64,000 nucleotides of DNA from Candidatus Bathyarchaeota archaeon. GTDB taxonomy: Archaea; Thermoproteota; Bathyarchaeia; Bathyarchaeales; Bathycorpusculaceae. The notes below the pieces were generated by a model, which saw only the letters and a list, made by a program, of their open reading frames with translations, was not told the DNA's origin and made no database searches. The stretch spans positions 448,001 through 512,000 of the forward strand of contig CAVYES010000006.1 of assembly GCA_963767735.1 (NCBI GenBank), read 5' to 3'. The position numbers and the translations under genes were made by a program. Below, in pieces: positions 10,528 to 20,338 of this stretch. The stretch's first letter is position 1. Each line of letters begins with the position of its first letter.

Positions 10528-10647
10528 AGATTTCGCTAAAAATTAAGCTTGCAGCTATTATACTTATTGGTTCTCGGAGGCGTATTTTTGTGGTTCCGAA
10601 ACCTAAAATAAGCTGGCGACAAAATTATAGCCATTTGAGGTAAAATC

Positions 10648-11901
10648 TTGTCATCCATTATCGAGGACCTCATTGCAAGAAAAATTTTCAATAGTCGCGG
10701 AGAAGAAACAATAGAGGTTGACGTAATTACCACTGGCGGTTTCGGAAGAGCGTCGGCTCCTGCGGGAAAAAGCCGAGGAAAAGCCGAAGTGACCTATTAC
10801 CCGCAGGGTGGAGTTGAGGCAGCTGTAAAAAAAGTTGATGATTTAATTGCTCCTGAACTTGCCGGCTTAAACTCTGATTTTCAAGAAGAAATTGACAATA
10901 CTCTTCATGAGCTGGACGGGACCGCCGACTTCAAAAACATCGGCGGAAACACCGCATGCGCCATCTCTTTAGCCAATGCGGAAGCGGCTGCAAACTCTCA
11001 TGGTTTACTTTTATTCCAGTTTATGGGCGGAAACGCCGCAACCACGCTGCCTTACCCGCTTGGAAACTGCATAAGCGGCGGTGAACACGCACGGGGCAAA
11101 GCACCTGACATTCAAGAGTACTTGGCATTGCCGCACGGGGCTGAAACTTTTCTCGAAGCCCAAACAGCCAACACACAAATCCACCGCAAGATTGGCGATG
11201 CTTTAAGAAAGAAAAACAGCCAGTTTAACGGCGGAAAAAGCGACGAAGGCGCATGGATAGCCAACATCGACACTGTTGACGCTTTCGACGTTATCGCTAA
11301 AGCCTGCGAAGAGGTTGGTAACGAGTTGGATTTTGAATGCGGCTTTGGTATTGATGTTGCTGCTTCCTCGTTTTGGAAGCCGAAGGAAGAAAAATACGTT
11401 TACGCTAATGAAGGTAAAAAGCGTGACACGGCTGAACAGCTTGAGTTCATGCTTGAATTAATCGAGAAATATCATCTTGCATACGTTGAAGACCCTTTTC
11501 ATGAGGAAGACTTTGAAAGTTTCGCTGCGTTAACTCGCAAAGCTAAAAACTGCTTGGTTTGCGGGGATGATTTGTTCACAACAAATACTGAAAGGTTAAA
11601 TAATGGAATAAAGATTAACGCTGGAAACGCCATCATCATAAAAGTCAACCAGATAGGTACCCTATCCGATGCAGCTCAAACGATTGAAACTGCGCAGCGA
11701 TATGGGTATGACCCAGTCATGTCGCATCGTTCTGGCGACACATGTGATTGGCATATTGCGCATTTGGCTGTGGCTTACAAGTGCCCACTAATCAAGACAG
11801 GCGTAGTTGAGGGTGCACGCATAGCCAAACTCAATGAGCTAATAAGGATTGAGCATTTCCTTGGTAGCAGAGCCAAAATGGCTGATTTAAAAATACGCTA
11901 A
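10648..11901 (+). CDS. eno: Enolase
   Basis: KIFNSRG, YVEDPF, GDDLFTTN, IKVNQIGT, SHRSG. Confidence 0.97.
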   Translation: MSSIIEDLIARKIFNSRGEETIEVDVITTGGFGRASAPAGKSRGKAEVTYYPQGGVEAAVKKVDDLIAPELAGLNSDFQEEIDNTLHELDGTADFKNIGGNTACAISLANAEAAANSHGLLLFQFMGGNAATTLPYPLGNCISGGEHARGKAPDIQEYLALPHGAETFLEAQTANTQIHRKIGDALRKKNSQFNGGKSDEGAWIANIDTVDAFDVIAKACEEVGNELDFECGFGIDVAASSFWKPKEEKYVYANEGKKRDTAEQLEFMLELIEKYHLAYVEDPFHEEDFESFAALTRKAKNCLVCGDDLFTTNTERLNNGIKINAGNAIIIKVNQIGTLSDAAQTIETAQRYGYDPVMSHRSGDTCDWHIAHLAVAYKCPLIKTGVVEGARIAKLNELIRIEHFLGSRAKMADLKIR

Positions 11902-11916
11902 ACAGAAGATGAAAAA

Positions 11917-12708
11917 ATGTCAGAAGACGAAAATAAAGAAAATCAACCAGCAGAAAACGAAGAGGAAAACCAAGAGGAATCTATCGAGCAATCTATAGAG
12001 GAATCTGCAGAGGAACCCATGGAGGAAGAATCTTTCCAAGGGGAACAACCCGCAGTCGCCGAAGGGAAGTCTAAGGAAGCCCCGTCTGCAGAGGAGCTTC
12101 TCTTGCCGCGAGACACCTTGCTTTCTGCAGGTATTCATATTGGAACTAGGACGAAAACTCTTGACATGGTACCCTTCATCTACCGGGTTAGACCAGACGG
12201 GTTATTCGTACTTGACGTTAAAAAAACAGATGACCGAATAAGAGTCACCGCAAAGTTCCTCTCACGCTACGAGCACGCAAAAGTAGCAGTTGCAGCAACC
12301 AGATTGTATGCTCAAGAACCAGTCAAAAAATTCTGCGAGCTAACAGGTTCAACGCCTCTAATCGGCCGTTTCATCCCAGGGCAACTTTCCAATCCACAGT
12401 ATCCAGGCAGAATTGATCCTGAAGTCATACTTGTTTCAGACCCAAGAGCCGACGCACAAGCAGTAAAAGAAGCCTCAAAAGTTGGTATTCCAATCGTTGC
12501 GTTATGCAGCACGGACAACGAGTTCGCAGGCGTGGACCTAGTTATCCCAACAAATAACAAGGGCAGAAGAGCATTAGCCGTTATATTCTGGCTATTAACA
12601 AGGCAGATTCTCCGCGAAAGAGGCGAATTAGCCGCAGACAAAGATCCGCCAGCAACCATAGATGACTTCGAAGCAAAAGTTACAAGGGAAGAGGAGGAGG
12701 AACCCTAA
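11917..12708 (+). CDS. rps2: 30S ribosomal protein S2 (uS2) with acidic N-terminal extension
   Basis: LLSAGIHIG, YRVRPDGL, GRFIPG, IPTNNKG. Confidence 0.97.
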   Translation: MSEDENKENQPAENEEENQEESIEQSIEESAEEPMEEESFQGEQPAVAEGKSKEAPSAEELLLPRDTLLSAGIHIGTRTKTLDMVPFIYRVRPDGLFVLDVKKTDDRIRVTAKFLSRYEHAKVAVAATRLYAQEPVKKFCELTGSTPLIGRFIPGQLSNPQYPGRIDPEVILVSDPRADAQAVKEASKVGIPIVALCSTDNEFAGVDLVIPTNNKGRRALAVIFWLLTRQILRERGELAADKDPPATIDDFEAKVTREEEEEP

Positions 12709-12712
12709 ACCG

Positions 12713-13564
12713 TTGCCGACGATTCGGCGTCCAACCGTAGCAGGTCAATTTTATGAAGGCGACGCTGAAGCGCTTAGAGCACAAATTAAAAACTGTTTCC
12801 TCCATGATCTAGGCCCAAAAAAACTTCCCAACGTAAACTTGCATATTGACCCCAGGAACATAGTTGGCATGATTTGCCCCCACGCAGGCTACATGTATTC
12901 TGGTCCTGTGGCGGCATCAGCTTTTTATGAGTTAGCCTTAGATGGCAAACCCGACACTGTTGTGCTTATGGGTCCAAACCATACGGGTTACGGTAGCGCC
13001 TTGAGCCTTATGAATGAAGGCGTTTGGCGGACACCGCTTGGAGACGTAGAAATCGACGCTGAAATGGCCAACGAGATAATTCATGAAACCAACCTTATCG
13101 ACGTGGACGAGCTTGCCCACCGTCATGAACATTCTATCGAGGTTCAGTTGCCCTTTTTGCAGTTTCTCTACGGCAACACATTCAAGATTGTGCCAATCTG
13201 TTTTCTAATGCAGGATTACGGTTCCGCTGTTGAGGTGGGTAGGGCGCTTGTGGAAGTTTTAGAGCCTACAAACACCGTGGTTATCGCTTCTTCGGATATG
13301 ACGCATTATGAACCAGCAAAAACAGCAGCCGCAAAAGACCACGCTGCACTAAAAGCCGTCACGGATATGGATGCAAAACGCTTCTATGAAACAGTTGAAA
13401 CCCAAAACGTCTCCGCATGCGGTTACGCGCCAATAACAGCACTAATAACTTACGCCAATGGCGTCTATGCTAAAGCTGAACTGTTAAATTACCATAACAG
13501 CGGCGATGTAACGGGGGACTATTCAAGCGTAGTGGGCTATGCAGCGGTAAGTTTCAGAAAATAG
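12713..13564 (+). CDS. MEMO1 family protein (AmmeMemoRadiSam protein B)
   Basis: RRPTVAGQFY, PHAGYMYSG, EHSIEVQLPFLQ, SSDMTHY; TTG start. Confidence 0.95.
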   Translation: MPTIRRPTVAGQFYEGDAEALRAQIKNCFLHDLGPKKLPNVNLHIDPRNIVGMICPHAGYMYSGPVAASAFYELALDGKPDTVVLMGPNHTGYGSALSLMNEGVWRTPLGDVEIDAEMANEIIHETNLIDVDELAHRHEHSIEVQLPFLQFLYGNTFKIVPICFLMQDYGSAVEVGRALVEVLEPTNTVVIASSDMTHYEPAKTAAAKDHAALKAVTDMDAKRFYETVETQNVSACGYAPITALITYANGVYAKAELLNYHNSGDVTGDYSSVVGYAAVSFRK

Positions 13565-13605
13565 GCGGTCAAAAAATATATTTGCCTAAATTGAAGATTA
13601 ATCGT

Positions 13606-14259
13606 TTATATTGAGTCCCATCTTGTGAGAGCTTCTCGCCGTCTCTTTTCTTCTTTAAGTTGCTGTATTTCATTGTATAACGCGATTGCTTGTGTGAATT
13701 GTGCATCGTATTCTCGAATGATGTCTTGCATTTCTGTGCTCCAACTGAGAAGATGCGGATAGCAAGGAACTGTTTGTTTACCGCCTATTGGGTTTTCAAA
13801 CCAGTATTCTTGGTATTTGCCCGCGTTGCTTTTGGTGGTAACATTAAATCCGAATTCTTCCAGTACCCTGCCCAAATGTCCCAGTATGTGTCTTACAGCA
13901 TGGTCAAGGACTTCTGAGTACCTATCGGCTACTTGCTTATACTTATCAATTGGATCATGCAAATTTGGCTTTTGATGCCACCACAACGCAGGATTATCAA
14001 GCTCGTCTCGGACTATTTTTTCAGTGTTTTTAACCAATTCGTTAACTTTAGCCTTCATGTTAGCTATTTTTTCTTCACTCATCTTTAGGGTGATTTCAGG
14101 ATACTTGGTGATGTATTCTTTCGCTGTTTTTCTGAACCATTCAAACGCAAAGTCCATCGTTTCTTTAGTAAATTCTATTTTGAGTTCTTCCATGTACGAG
14201 CGAAGAGGCAAAAGCTCCGCTTCTTTTCTCTCAATTAAAACATCCGTTTCTTCACTCAT
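13606..14259 (-). CDS. Hypothetical helical/coiled-coil protein
   Basis: 217-aa ORF with ATG and GAGG SD. Confidence 0.75.
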   Translation of the reverse strand: MSEETDVLIERKEAELLPLRSYMEELKIEFTKETMDFAFEWFRKTAKEYITKYPEITLKMSEEKIANMKAKVNELVKNTEKIVRDELDNPALWWHQKPNLHDPIDKYKQVADRYSEVLDHAVRHILGHLGRVLEEFGFNVTTKSNAGKYQEYWFENPIGGKQTVPCYPHLLSWSTEMQDIIREYDAQFTQAIALYNEIQQLKEEKRRREALTRWDSI

Positions 14260-14537
14260 ACCTCGGAAGCCTCAGTCACTCTCTTTTTGACCTTGTTTGA
14301 CTGCATGTTTCTATACTAACTATGTCATAAAAGACTTTTCAAGTGCCATTCAATTTACCTTTTTAACGTGCTCTCGATTCCATGGTGCATTTGAGAAGTT
14401 TACGCAAAATATAATCAAGCGGAAAGTCCCTATATAAGCAAGCGGTTGTAGCATCATATTGTAACCACATTATTTTATATTTTCTTACCACGTAATCATC
14501 TTTAAGCGAGAAAGGACTGCGGAGAATTGCCAACAAA

Positions 14538-14640
14538 GTTGGGCGGTCTGGTTGCTAACACGAGATAAGGTGTTTGCCCACCATCTTTCTAAGCCTTATC
14601 CGTATTAGCGCAAGGCTTGACCGACCTAACATTACTTTTT
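14538..14640. ncRNA. Candidate structured RNA upstream of mvk
   Basis: Nested stems GTTGGG-CGGTC/GACCG-a-CCTAAC, TGCTAACACG/CGTATTAGCG, GATAAGGT/GCCTTATC, then T-tract; TTTAAG box at 14501. Confidence 0.5.
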
Positions 14641-14741
14641 GCTCATTAACCAAACCTCAAAGCTCATGCTGTCTCTCTTCTGAGCGAAAAGAATGTTTTT
14701 ATTTGGTTAGCGTAATAGCTACCTTTCAAGGTGCCACAGCA

Positions 14742-15683
14742 ATGGGTAAAGGGTCAGGTTACGGAAAAGTCATCTTATTCGGTGAACACTTCGTCGTCCA
14801 CGGTGGACCGGGCATTGTTTCCGCGATTGATTCCACAACTGACGCGGAAGTTAAAAAAGCGGCAAAAGGAATCAACGTTAAAGATGAGCGGAAAACCGCT
14901 AAAGGCTACAGCGAAGAAAAACGGCTCCAGCAAATCGAATCAATCGAGCGAATGCTAAAGGCCATGGGCATCGACCCCAAAACTGGGCTCGACATTTGGA
15001 TTGGCGGAACACTTCCAGGCTTCAGCGGCTTAGGTGCTTCTGCAGCAAGCAGCGTCGCCATCGCACGAGCCATCGCACAAGAGCTTGGAATGCAAATTAC
15101 CGACGAGAAAATTAATCAAATTGCTTATGAAGCGGAGAAAGCGTATGCTGGCAACCCCTCAGGCATCGACAATACTGCAGCAACTTACGGCGGGTTGATG
15201 TGGTTTAAAAAAGACGTGGCCGGCGGACCAGACAAGATAGAAAAACTTCATTTGCGCAGACCAATCGAAATTGTCATTGGTAGCACGGGCAAAGTCGCGA
15301 ACACCAAGGTCATGGTGGAAGGCGTAGCGGAACGTAAAAAGAAGAACCCTGCTAAATACGACCCAGTCTTCAAACAAGCTGAAAACTTGGCGGTTGCTGG
15401 GCGCAGAGCGCTGGAAAACTATGACCTGAAAAAAATCGGGGAGCTTATGAACGAAAACCATCGCCTGCTCCAAGAAATAGGTGTATCCAGCAAAGAACTC
15501 GACATACTGGTCGATTTAGCCCGCAAGCAAGGCGCTTTCGGCGCAAAACTCACAGGCGGAGGAGGCGGCGGATGCATGGTAGCGTTGACCCCAGGTAAGG
15601 AGTTGCAGGGCAAAGTTTTAAGCGCAATCAAAAGCTTAGGTCTTGAAGTGCTCAGTACAAAAATTGGTGTTGAGAAATATTAG
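14742..15683 (+). CDS. mvk: Mevalonate kinase
   Basis: GKVILFGEH, GLGASAA, NPSGID, AKLTGGGGGG (GHMP family); ATG at 14742. Confidence 0.95.
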   Translation: MGKGSGYGKVILFGEHFVVHGGPGIVSAIDSTTDAEVKKAAKGINVKDERKTAKGYSEEKRLQQIESIERMLKAMGIDPKTGLDIWIGGTLPGFSGLGASAASSVAIARAIAQELGMQITDEKINQIAYEAEKAYAGNPSGIDNTAATYGGLMWFKKDVAGGPDKIEKLHLRRPIEIVIGSTGKVANTKVMVEGVAERKKKNPAKYDPVFKQAENLAVAGRRALENYDLKKIGELMNENHRLLQEIGVSSKELDILVDLARKQGAFGAKLTGGGGGGCMVALTPGKELQGKVLSAIKSLGLEVLSTKIGVEKY

Positions 15684-15694
15684 GTTGGAGCAAC

Positions 15695-17002
15695 TTGGGG
15701 TTTAGAAATTTTATAGAAGCACTGGACAAAAGCGGCGAATTAACAAGAATCACAAAGCCAGTTTCCACCGAGTACGAGTTAGCAGGGATAATAAGTGCGC
15801 TTGGCGAGAAACCAGTTTATTTCGAAAAAGTTAAAGAGTCAAGTTATCCTGTTGTGGCAGGACTCGTGTCTTCTAAAGAATTGATTGCTCGGTCGTTGCG
15901 CTTAAAAAAAGACCAGTTACTGCCCAAATTATCTAATTCAATAGAGCATCCAGTGCCGCCGCAAATAATTGGAAAAGGAGTATGCCAAGAAGTCGTGGAA
16001 ACCGACGTTGACTTAACCAAGCTCCCTATAATGCATTACACGGAAAAGGACGGCGGAAAATACATTGCTTCAGCAGTAACCATTATCAAAGATCCGCAGT
16101 TGGGCAGAAATATGTGTTTCCACCGCCTAATGCTTAAAGACAAAAACCACTTCGTCGCCCGTGTCGTGGAAGACCGCGGCACAGACACAGCACTCAAAAA
16201 AACAGGTGGAGAACTCGACATAGCCATATGCATCGGAAACTCAACTGCAGTTCTGCTTTCAGCAGCCACTTCATTGCCCAAAGGCGTAGATGAGTTGGGA
16301 ATGGCTAACGAACTGGAAAAAACGGAACTGGTAAAGTGCAAAACCGTGGATTTGGAAGTGCCAGCGGACTGCGAGTTTGTGCTGGAAGGAAGCATCACCA
16401 AGGAGAAAGCTTCTGAAGGGCCATTTCTCGATTTAACAGGCGTCGTTGACCGCATGCGCCAGCAGCCAATCATCGAAATCAAATGTATAACTCACAGGCA
16501 AAATCCCATTTACCAAACCATCCTCGCAGGCAAAAATGAGCACAAGTTCCTCATGGGCATGCCAAAAGAACCCACAATCTTCAACGAAGTCAACAAGGTC
16601 TGCCAATGCAAAGACGTCTACATCACCCCAGGCGGATGCAGCTGGCTTCATGCTGTTGTGCAAATCAAAAAGCAGAACGCTGACGACGGCAAAAAAGCGA
16701 TAGCCGCGGCGTTTGAAGGACACAAATCACTCAAGCACTGCGTGGTGGTTGATGAAGACATCAACATTTATGACCCCCACGATGTGGAATGGGCTATTGC
16801 CACAAGGTTCCAAGCTGACAAAAACACGGTTATCCTCTCTAACCAGCCTGGCTCTTCACTTGACCCGTCAGGCGACTTAACCGAAGGCAAAAAAGCCACC
16901 ACCGCCAAAGCCGGCTTAGACGCCACTGCACCGCTCATAACAACGAGCAAAGGCTTCAAAAAAGAAGAATACATCAAAGTAGACTTAGACAGGTACCTGT
17001 GA
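15695..17002 (+). CDS. UbiD-family decarboxylase, likely trans-anhydromevalonate phosphate decarboxylase
   Basis: EGPF, VVVDEDI, VEWAIATR, SSLDPS; located between mvk and AcnX. Confidence 0.9.
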   Translation: MGFRNFIEALDKSGELTRITKPVSTEYELAGIISALGEKPVYFEKVKESSYPVVAGLVSSKELIARSLRLKKDQLLPKLSNSIEHPVPPQIIGKGVCQEVVETDVDLTKLPIMHYTEKDGGKYIASAVTIIKDPQLGRNMCFHRLMLKDKNHFVARVVEDRGTDTALKKTGGELDIAICIGNSTAVLLSAATSLPKGVDELGMANELEKTELVKCKTVDLEVPADCEFVLEGSITKEKASEGPFLDLTGVVDRMRQQPIIEIKCITHRQNPIYQTILAGKNEHKFLMGMPKEPTIFNEVNKVCQCKDVYITPGGCSWLHAVVQIKKQNADDGKKAIAAAFEGHKSLKHCVVVDEDINIYDPHDVEWAIATRFQADKNTVILSNQPGSSLDPSGDLTEGKKATTAKAGLDATAPLITTSKGFKKEEYIKVDLDRYL

Positions 17003-18207
17003 CAAATATGCAACTAACTAAACAAGAACAGAAAATGCTTGACGGCGCTGAAGGCTACGCTGTACAAAAAAGCATGGAAATCCTCGTCGCGCTAGGGAAT
17101 ATTTACGGTGCAAGGAGTCTAATCAAAGTAGGCAGTGTTCAAGTCTCAGGCGTATCCTACCACAACCTCGGCGACGCGGGCTTAGAATTCCTTAATGAGC
17201 TGGCAAAAGACGGAAAAGTCAAAGTTCTCACCACTCTAAACCCGGCTGGAATGGACTTGGAAAATTGGCAGCAACTAGGAATCAGCTCAGAGTTCGCAGA
17301 AAAACAAAACCTCGTAATAGATGCCTTCCAAAGAATGGGGATACTGGTCACATGCACTTGCACGCCGTACTTGATAGGAAATTTGCCGCTTTACGGCGAA
17401 CACATCGCATGGTCGGAGAGCTCAGCTGTCACGTTTGCAAACTCGGTAATCGGCGCAAAAACGAACCGTGAAGGCGGACCATCCGCGCTGGCAGCGGCAT
17501 TCGTGGGCAAAACGCCCTGCTATGGGTTGCATTTGGATGAGAACCGCGTGCCCGATGTTCATGTGGAAGTGAAGACTGAATTAACGAAATTGTCTGATTG
17601 GGGTGCACTGGGCTATGCGATTGGCAAAAAAGCGGAAAACAAAATTTCTTACATTACTGGCATACGATTGGTAGACCTTGATGAGCTCAAGTCTTTCTGT
17701 GCTTCCGTAGTGACTTACGGAGCCAAACCGCTCTTCTATATGAAGGGTGTGACGCCTGGAGCCGAATTGCTGGCTCAACCGAAAGAGACCGTTAGCATTG
17801 AAGAAGCAGATATCAAAGACGCTTACAACAACATAAACGACCAAGTAAGCGACATTGAACTGGTTTGCGTTGGTTGCCCGCACTGTTCAATCAACGAAAT
17901 CGCCAAAGTAGCCGAGTTGATAAAAGGGAAAAAAGTGGCGGAGGGCACGGAGTTTTGGGTTGCCACCTCAAGAACAGCAAAACAACTCGCCGACAAACGC
18001 GGCTACACCCAAGCCATCACAGCAGCTGGCGCCAAATTCGCCTGCGACACATGTATGGCAGTTGCGCCGTTGAAGGGCAGGTTCAAATCTTTGGCGACAA
18101 CCTCGGCGAAAGGCTGTTTCTATTCAAGGCAGAACCTCATGAAAACTAAAATGGGCAGCATAGAAGAATGCGTGCAGGCGGCGGTGACTGGAAAATGGAG
18201 CAGTTAA
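16999..18207 (+). CDS. Aconitase X catalytic subunit, likely phosphomevalonate dehydratase large subunit
   Basis: TTLNP, CTCTPY, AWSESSA, GCPHCS, DTCM. Confidence 0.92.
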   Translation: MTNMQLTKQEQKMLDGAEGYAVQKSMEILVALGNIYGARSLIKVGSVQVSGVSYHNLGDAGLEFLNELAKDGKVKVLTTLNPAGMDLENWQQLGISSEFAEKQNLVIDAFQRMGILVTCTCTPYLIGNLPLYGEHIAWSESSAVTFANSVIGAKTNREGGPSALAAAFVGKTPCYGLHLDENRVPDVHVEVKTELTKLSDWGALGYAIGKKAENKISYITGIRLVDLDELKSFCASVVTYGAKPLFYMKGVTPGAELLAQPKETVSIEEADIKDAYNNINDQVSDIELVCVGCPHCSINEIAKVAELIKGKKVAEGTEFWVATSRTAKQLADKRGYTQAITAAGAKFACDTCMAVAPLKGRFKSLATTSAKGCFYSRQNLMKTKMGSIEECVQAAVTGKWSS

Positions 18208-18581
18208 AGGGCAGATTAATCTCTAAAGGCAAAGGCGAAGGAGAAGCTCTCGTAACTTCCCAGCCTATATCCTTCTATGGCGGAGTTGACCCGAACACGG
18301 GCGAAGTCATAGAAAAAGGACATGAGCTTCAGGGACAAAGCGTCAAAGGCAAAATCCTCGTGTTCCCAACAGGCAAAGGCTCAACAGTCGGCTCATACAC
18401 GCTGTATCGCATGAAAAAGAACGGCACCGCACCAGCCGGCATGATTAACAAGGAATGCGAAACCGTTGTCGCCGTAGGCGCCATAATCAGCGAAATCCCC
18501 TGCGTTGACAAAGTAGATATATCTAAAATTAAGGCTGGAGATAACGTTCGAGTGGAAAATGGCGTCATCTCCATTTTCTGA
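18195..18581 (+). CDS. Aconitase X swivel subunit (DUF126), PMDh small subunit
   Basis: ISFYGGVDP, FPTGKGSTVGS. Confidence 0.93.
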   Translation: MEQLKGRLISKGKGEGEALVTSQPISFYGGVDPNTGEVIEKGHELQGQSVKGKILVFPTGKGSTVGSYTLYRMKKNGTAPAGMINKECETVVAVGAIISEIPCVDKVDISKIKAGDNVRVENGVISIF

Positions 18582-18787
18582 ATTTTTGCAACAAGCTGTA
18601 GGTTCAAACTAAGTTATTGGCTCATCAGTTGTGTGGCGCTATCTTGTCCTTTGCCACAGAATGCATGTGTAGCCCAAAGAAAATCAGCGGAAGTGTAAAA
18701 ATTAAAAAGACTAAGGTCTAATCTTTAATTAAAATAAACAAATTCTAAATACTTTCGTAATACTTATGAAAGCAAGGCCCCAGAGTT

Positions 18788-19487
18788 ATGCAGCCACAAG
18801 ACAAAATCAAAAACGATAAAGCACATAGGTATTGCTGTTCCAACCCTAATTGCAAGAAAGTCTTTTCCAAACCTAAAATTATCAAATATTACGTATGCCC
18901 TGCATGTCAAACAATAGTCGACATGAATTTCGAGAATTCTCAATTAATCGCTCGAAGAAAAACCCCCAACACTGAGAAAACCAAAAGAAGGCAATAAAAG
19001 CAAAAAACAAGAGCCGGAAGCAATAACGAGCCAACAGACACAAGAGTTGGGAGCAATAATGAGCCAACGGGCACAAGAGCTGGAAGCAATAACGAGCCAG
19101 CAGGCAACAACCGATAATGAAATAATGCCAATGGAAAAACCTGAAGAAAAAGCGGTTTTGGAAACAGTGGAACCGGCTCAAATGGAAGAGCCCAATATCG
19201 TGGAAGTCAAGGTAAACAAAGAGTCTACCGTTACGGGAGATTATGACCTGCCTTTCACATTGGGAAATAGCGATGAGCACAAAGAAACAGTTAAAGAACA
19301 AACGGGGCAGTCCTCGGACTTTCAATGTAAATACTATTTTGGGTACCTCAGTCAAAGAAACAAGGAAGAAGTAATACCTGAAACATGCTTCGGATGCCTC
19401 AAATCTATAGAATGCATGATGTCCGAATACAATAAAACCAAAGAAACGATTGATGAAATTAAGAAGTGGTATTCTTTCAAACTGTAG
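18788..19487 (+). CDS. Cys-rich hypothetical protein with N- and C-terminal Zn-binding-like domains (frameshift within 18948-18994)
   Basis: CSNPNC..CPAC N-terminus; second frame open from 18948 ending CKYYFGYLSQR..IPETCFGCLKSIEC. Confidence 0.7.
19008..19106 (+). repeat. Three 33-bp coding tandem repeats (QExxAIxSQxx)
   Basis: CAAGAG.....AGCAATAA.GAGCCA units at 19008, 19041, 19074. Confidence 0.9.
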
Positions 19488-19665
19488 CTTAACAATTGCG
19501 GCCCATTTTTCGTAATTATTCACTCTTCGGCTTGTTTATTTTAATTGATTTTCTTGGTATCGTAGATTTGATTATTGTTTTTCTGGTTTTCCGTCAATAT
19601 TGGACATAAGTCGGTTAAAGACCTTTTTTGCTTATTGGGCTTCTTTGGAAAAACCAGTTTTTTTG

Positions 19666-19723
19666 GTGTTATGCGGATATTTGGTCTGTATTAGTGTTAT
19701 ACGGATATTTGATACATATTAGT
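19666..19723 (+). promoter_or_regulatory. 28-bp tandem direct repeat upstream of a TATA box (candidate operator)
   Basis: GTGTTAT(g/a)CGGATATTTG-n5-TATTAGT at 19666 and 19694. Confidence 0.55.
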
Positions 19724-19800
19724 AATTCGTAAGAGTTAATATAGTCCACTGTGTAACAAATCACAAATCAAATAAATAAAAAAATGGAGGTAAAAAAAAT

Positions 19801-20118
19801 ATGCCCGAATATTTAGTCTTGCTTAAGCTCAACCCCGCCAAATTAATGGAAACCTTAGGCGCAATAAGAAATATGGATGCTCAACCTGTTTCAGGAGTAG
19901 ACCTTCTATACAGCATGAACATTTTTGGTTCGTGGGACGTAGGCATGTGGATAGACGCTGAAGAAAGCGGCAAAGCTGTTGATTTTGTCCAGAAAAAAAT
20001 GAAGGGGCTCAACGGTGTCACCGAAGTATATACCTTACCAACATTCCCGCATGCAAACGGAATCAAAAATGGAAATGGAAAAATCTCTGAAGAGCAAAAG
20101 CACCCTTTAGAAACCTAA
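19801..20118 (+). CDS. GYD/Lrp-AsnC ligand-binding-like ferredoxin-fold protein
   Basis: YLVLLKL...FGSWD pattern; strong GGAGGT SD. Confidence 0.7.
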   Translation: MPEYLVLLKLNPAKLMETLGAIRNMDAQPVSGVDLLYSMNIFGSWDVGMWIDAEESGKAVDFVQKKMKGLNGVTEVYTLPTFPHANGIKNGNGKISEEQKHPLET

Positions 20119-20338
20119 AGAAAAAAAATTCTAAGGTTAAACGGGTTCTGTAGCTTTCACCAGCTCAAAAACTTCCCAGCTTTTTTAGTTTTTCATTATC
20201 ACAGATAAAACTTTGCTTAACTATAGCTTCTTTACTTCCATTTAGCGGCGAAACAGTAGTTTAAAGCTTAAGATGCAATTTAGAGTTCCGATTCATAAAA
20301 GCTAAATTTAAATTGGCGAAAAATAAGACAAAGAACAA

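Noticed and set aside
14574-14741. N-terminal extension of mvk in the ORF track
   Set aside because: Homology starts at ATG 14742; the upstream part overlaps the hairpin and a promoter-like sequence
19008-19106. 33-bp repeats as a CRISPR array
   Set aside because: They are contiguous, in-frame and have no spacers; no cas genes are in the window
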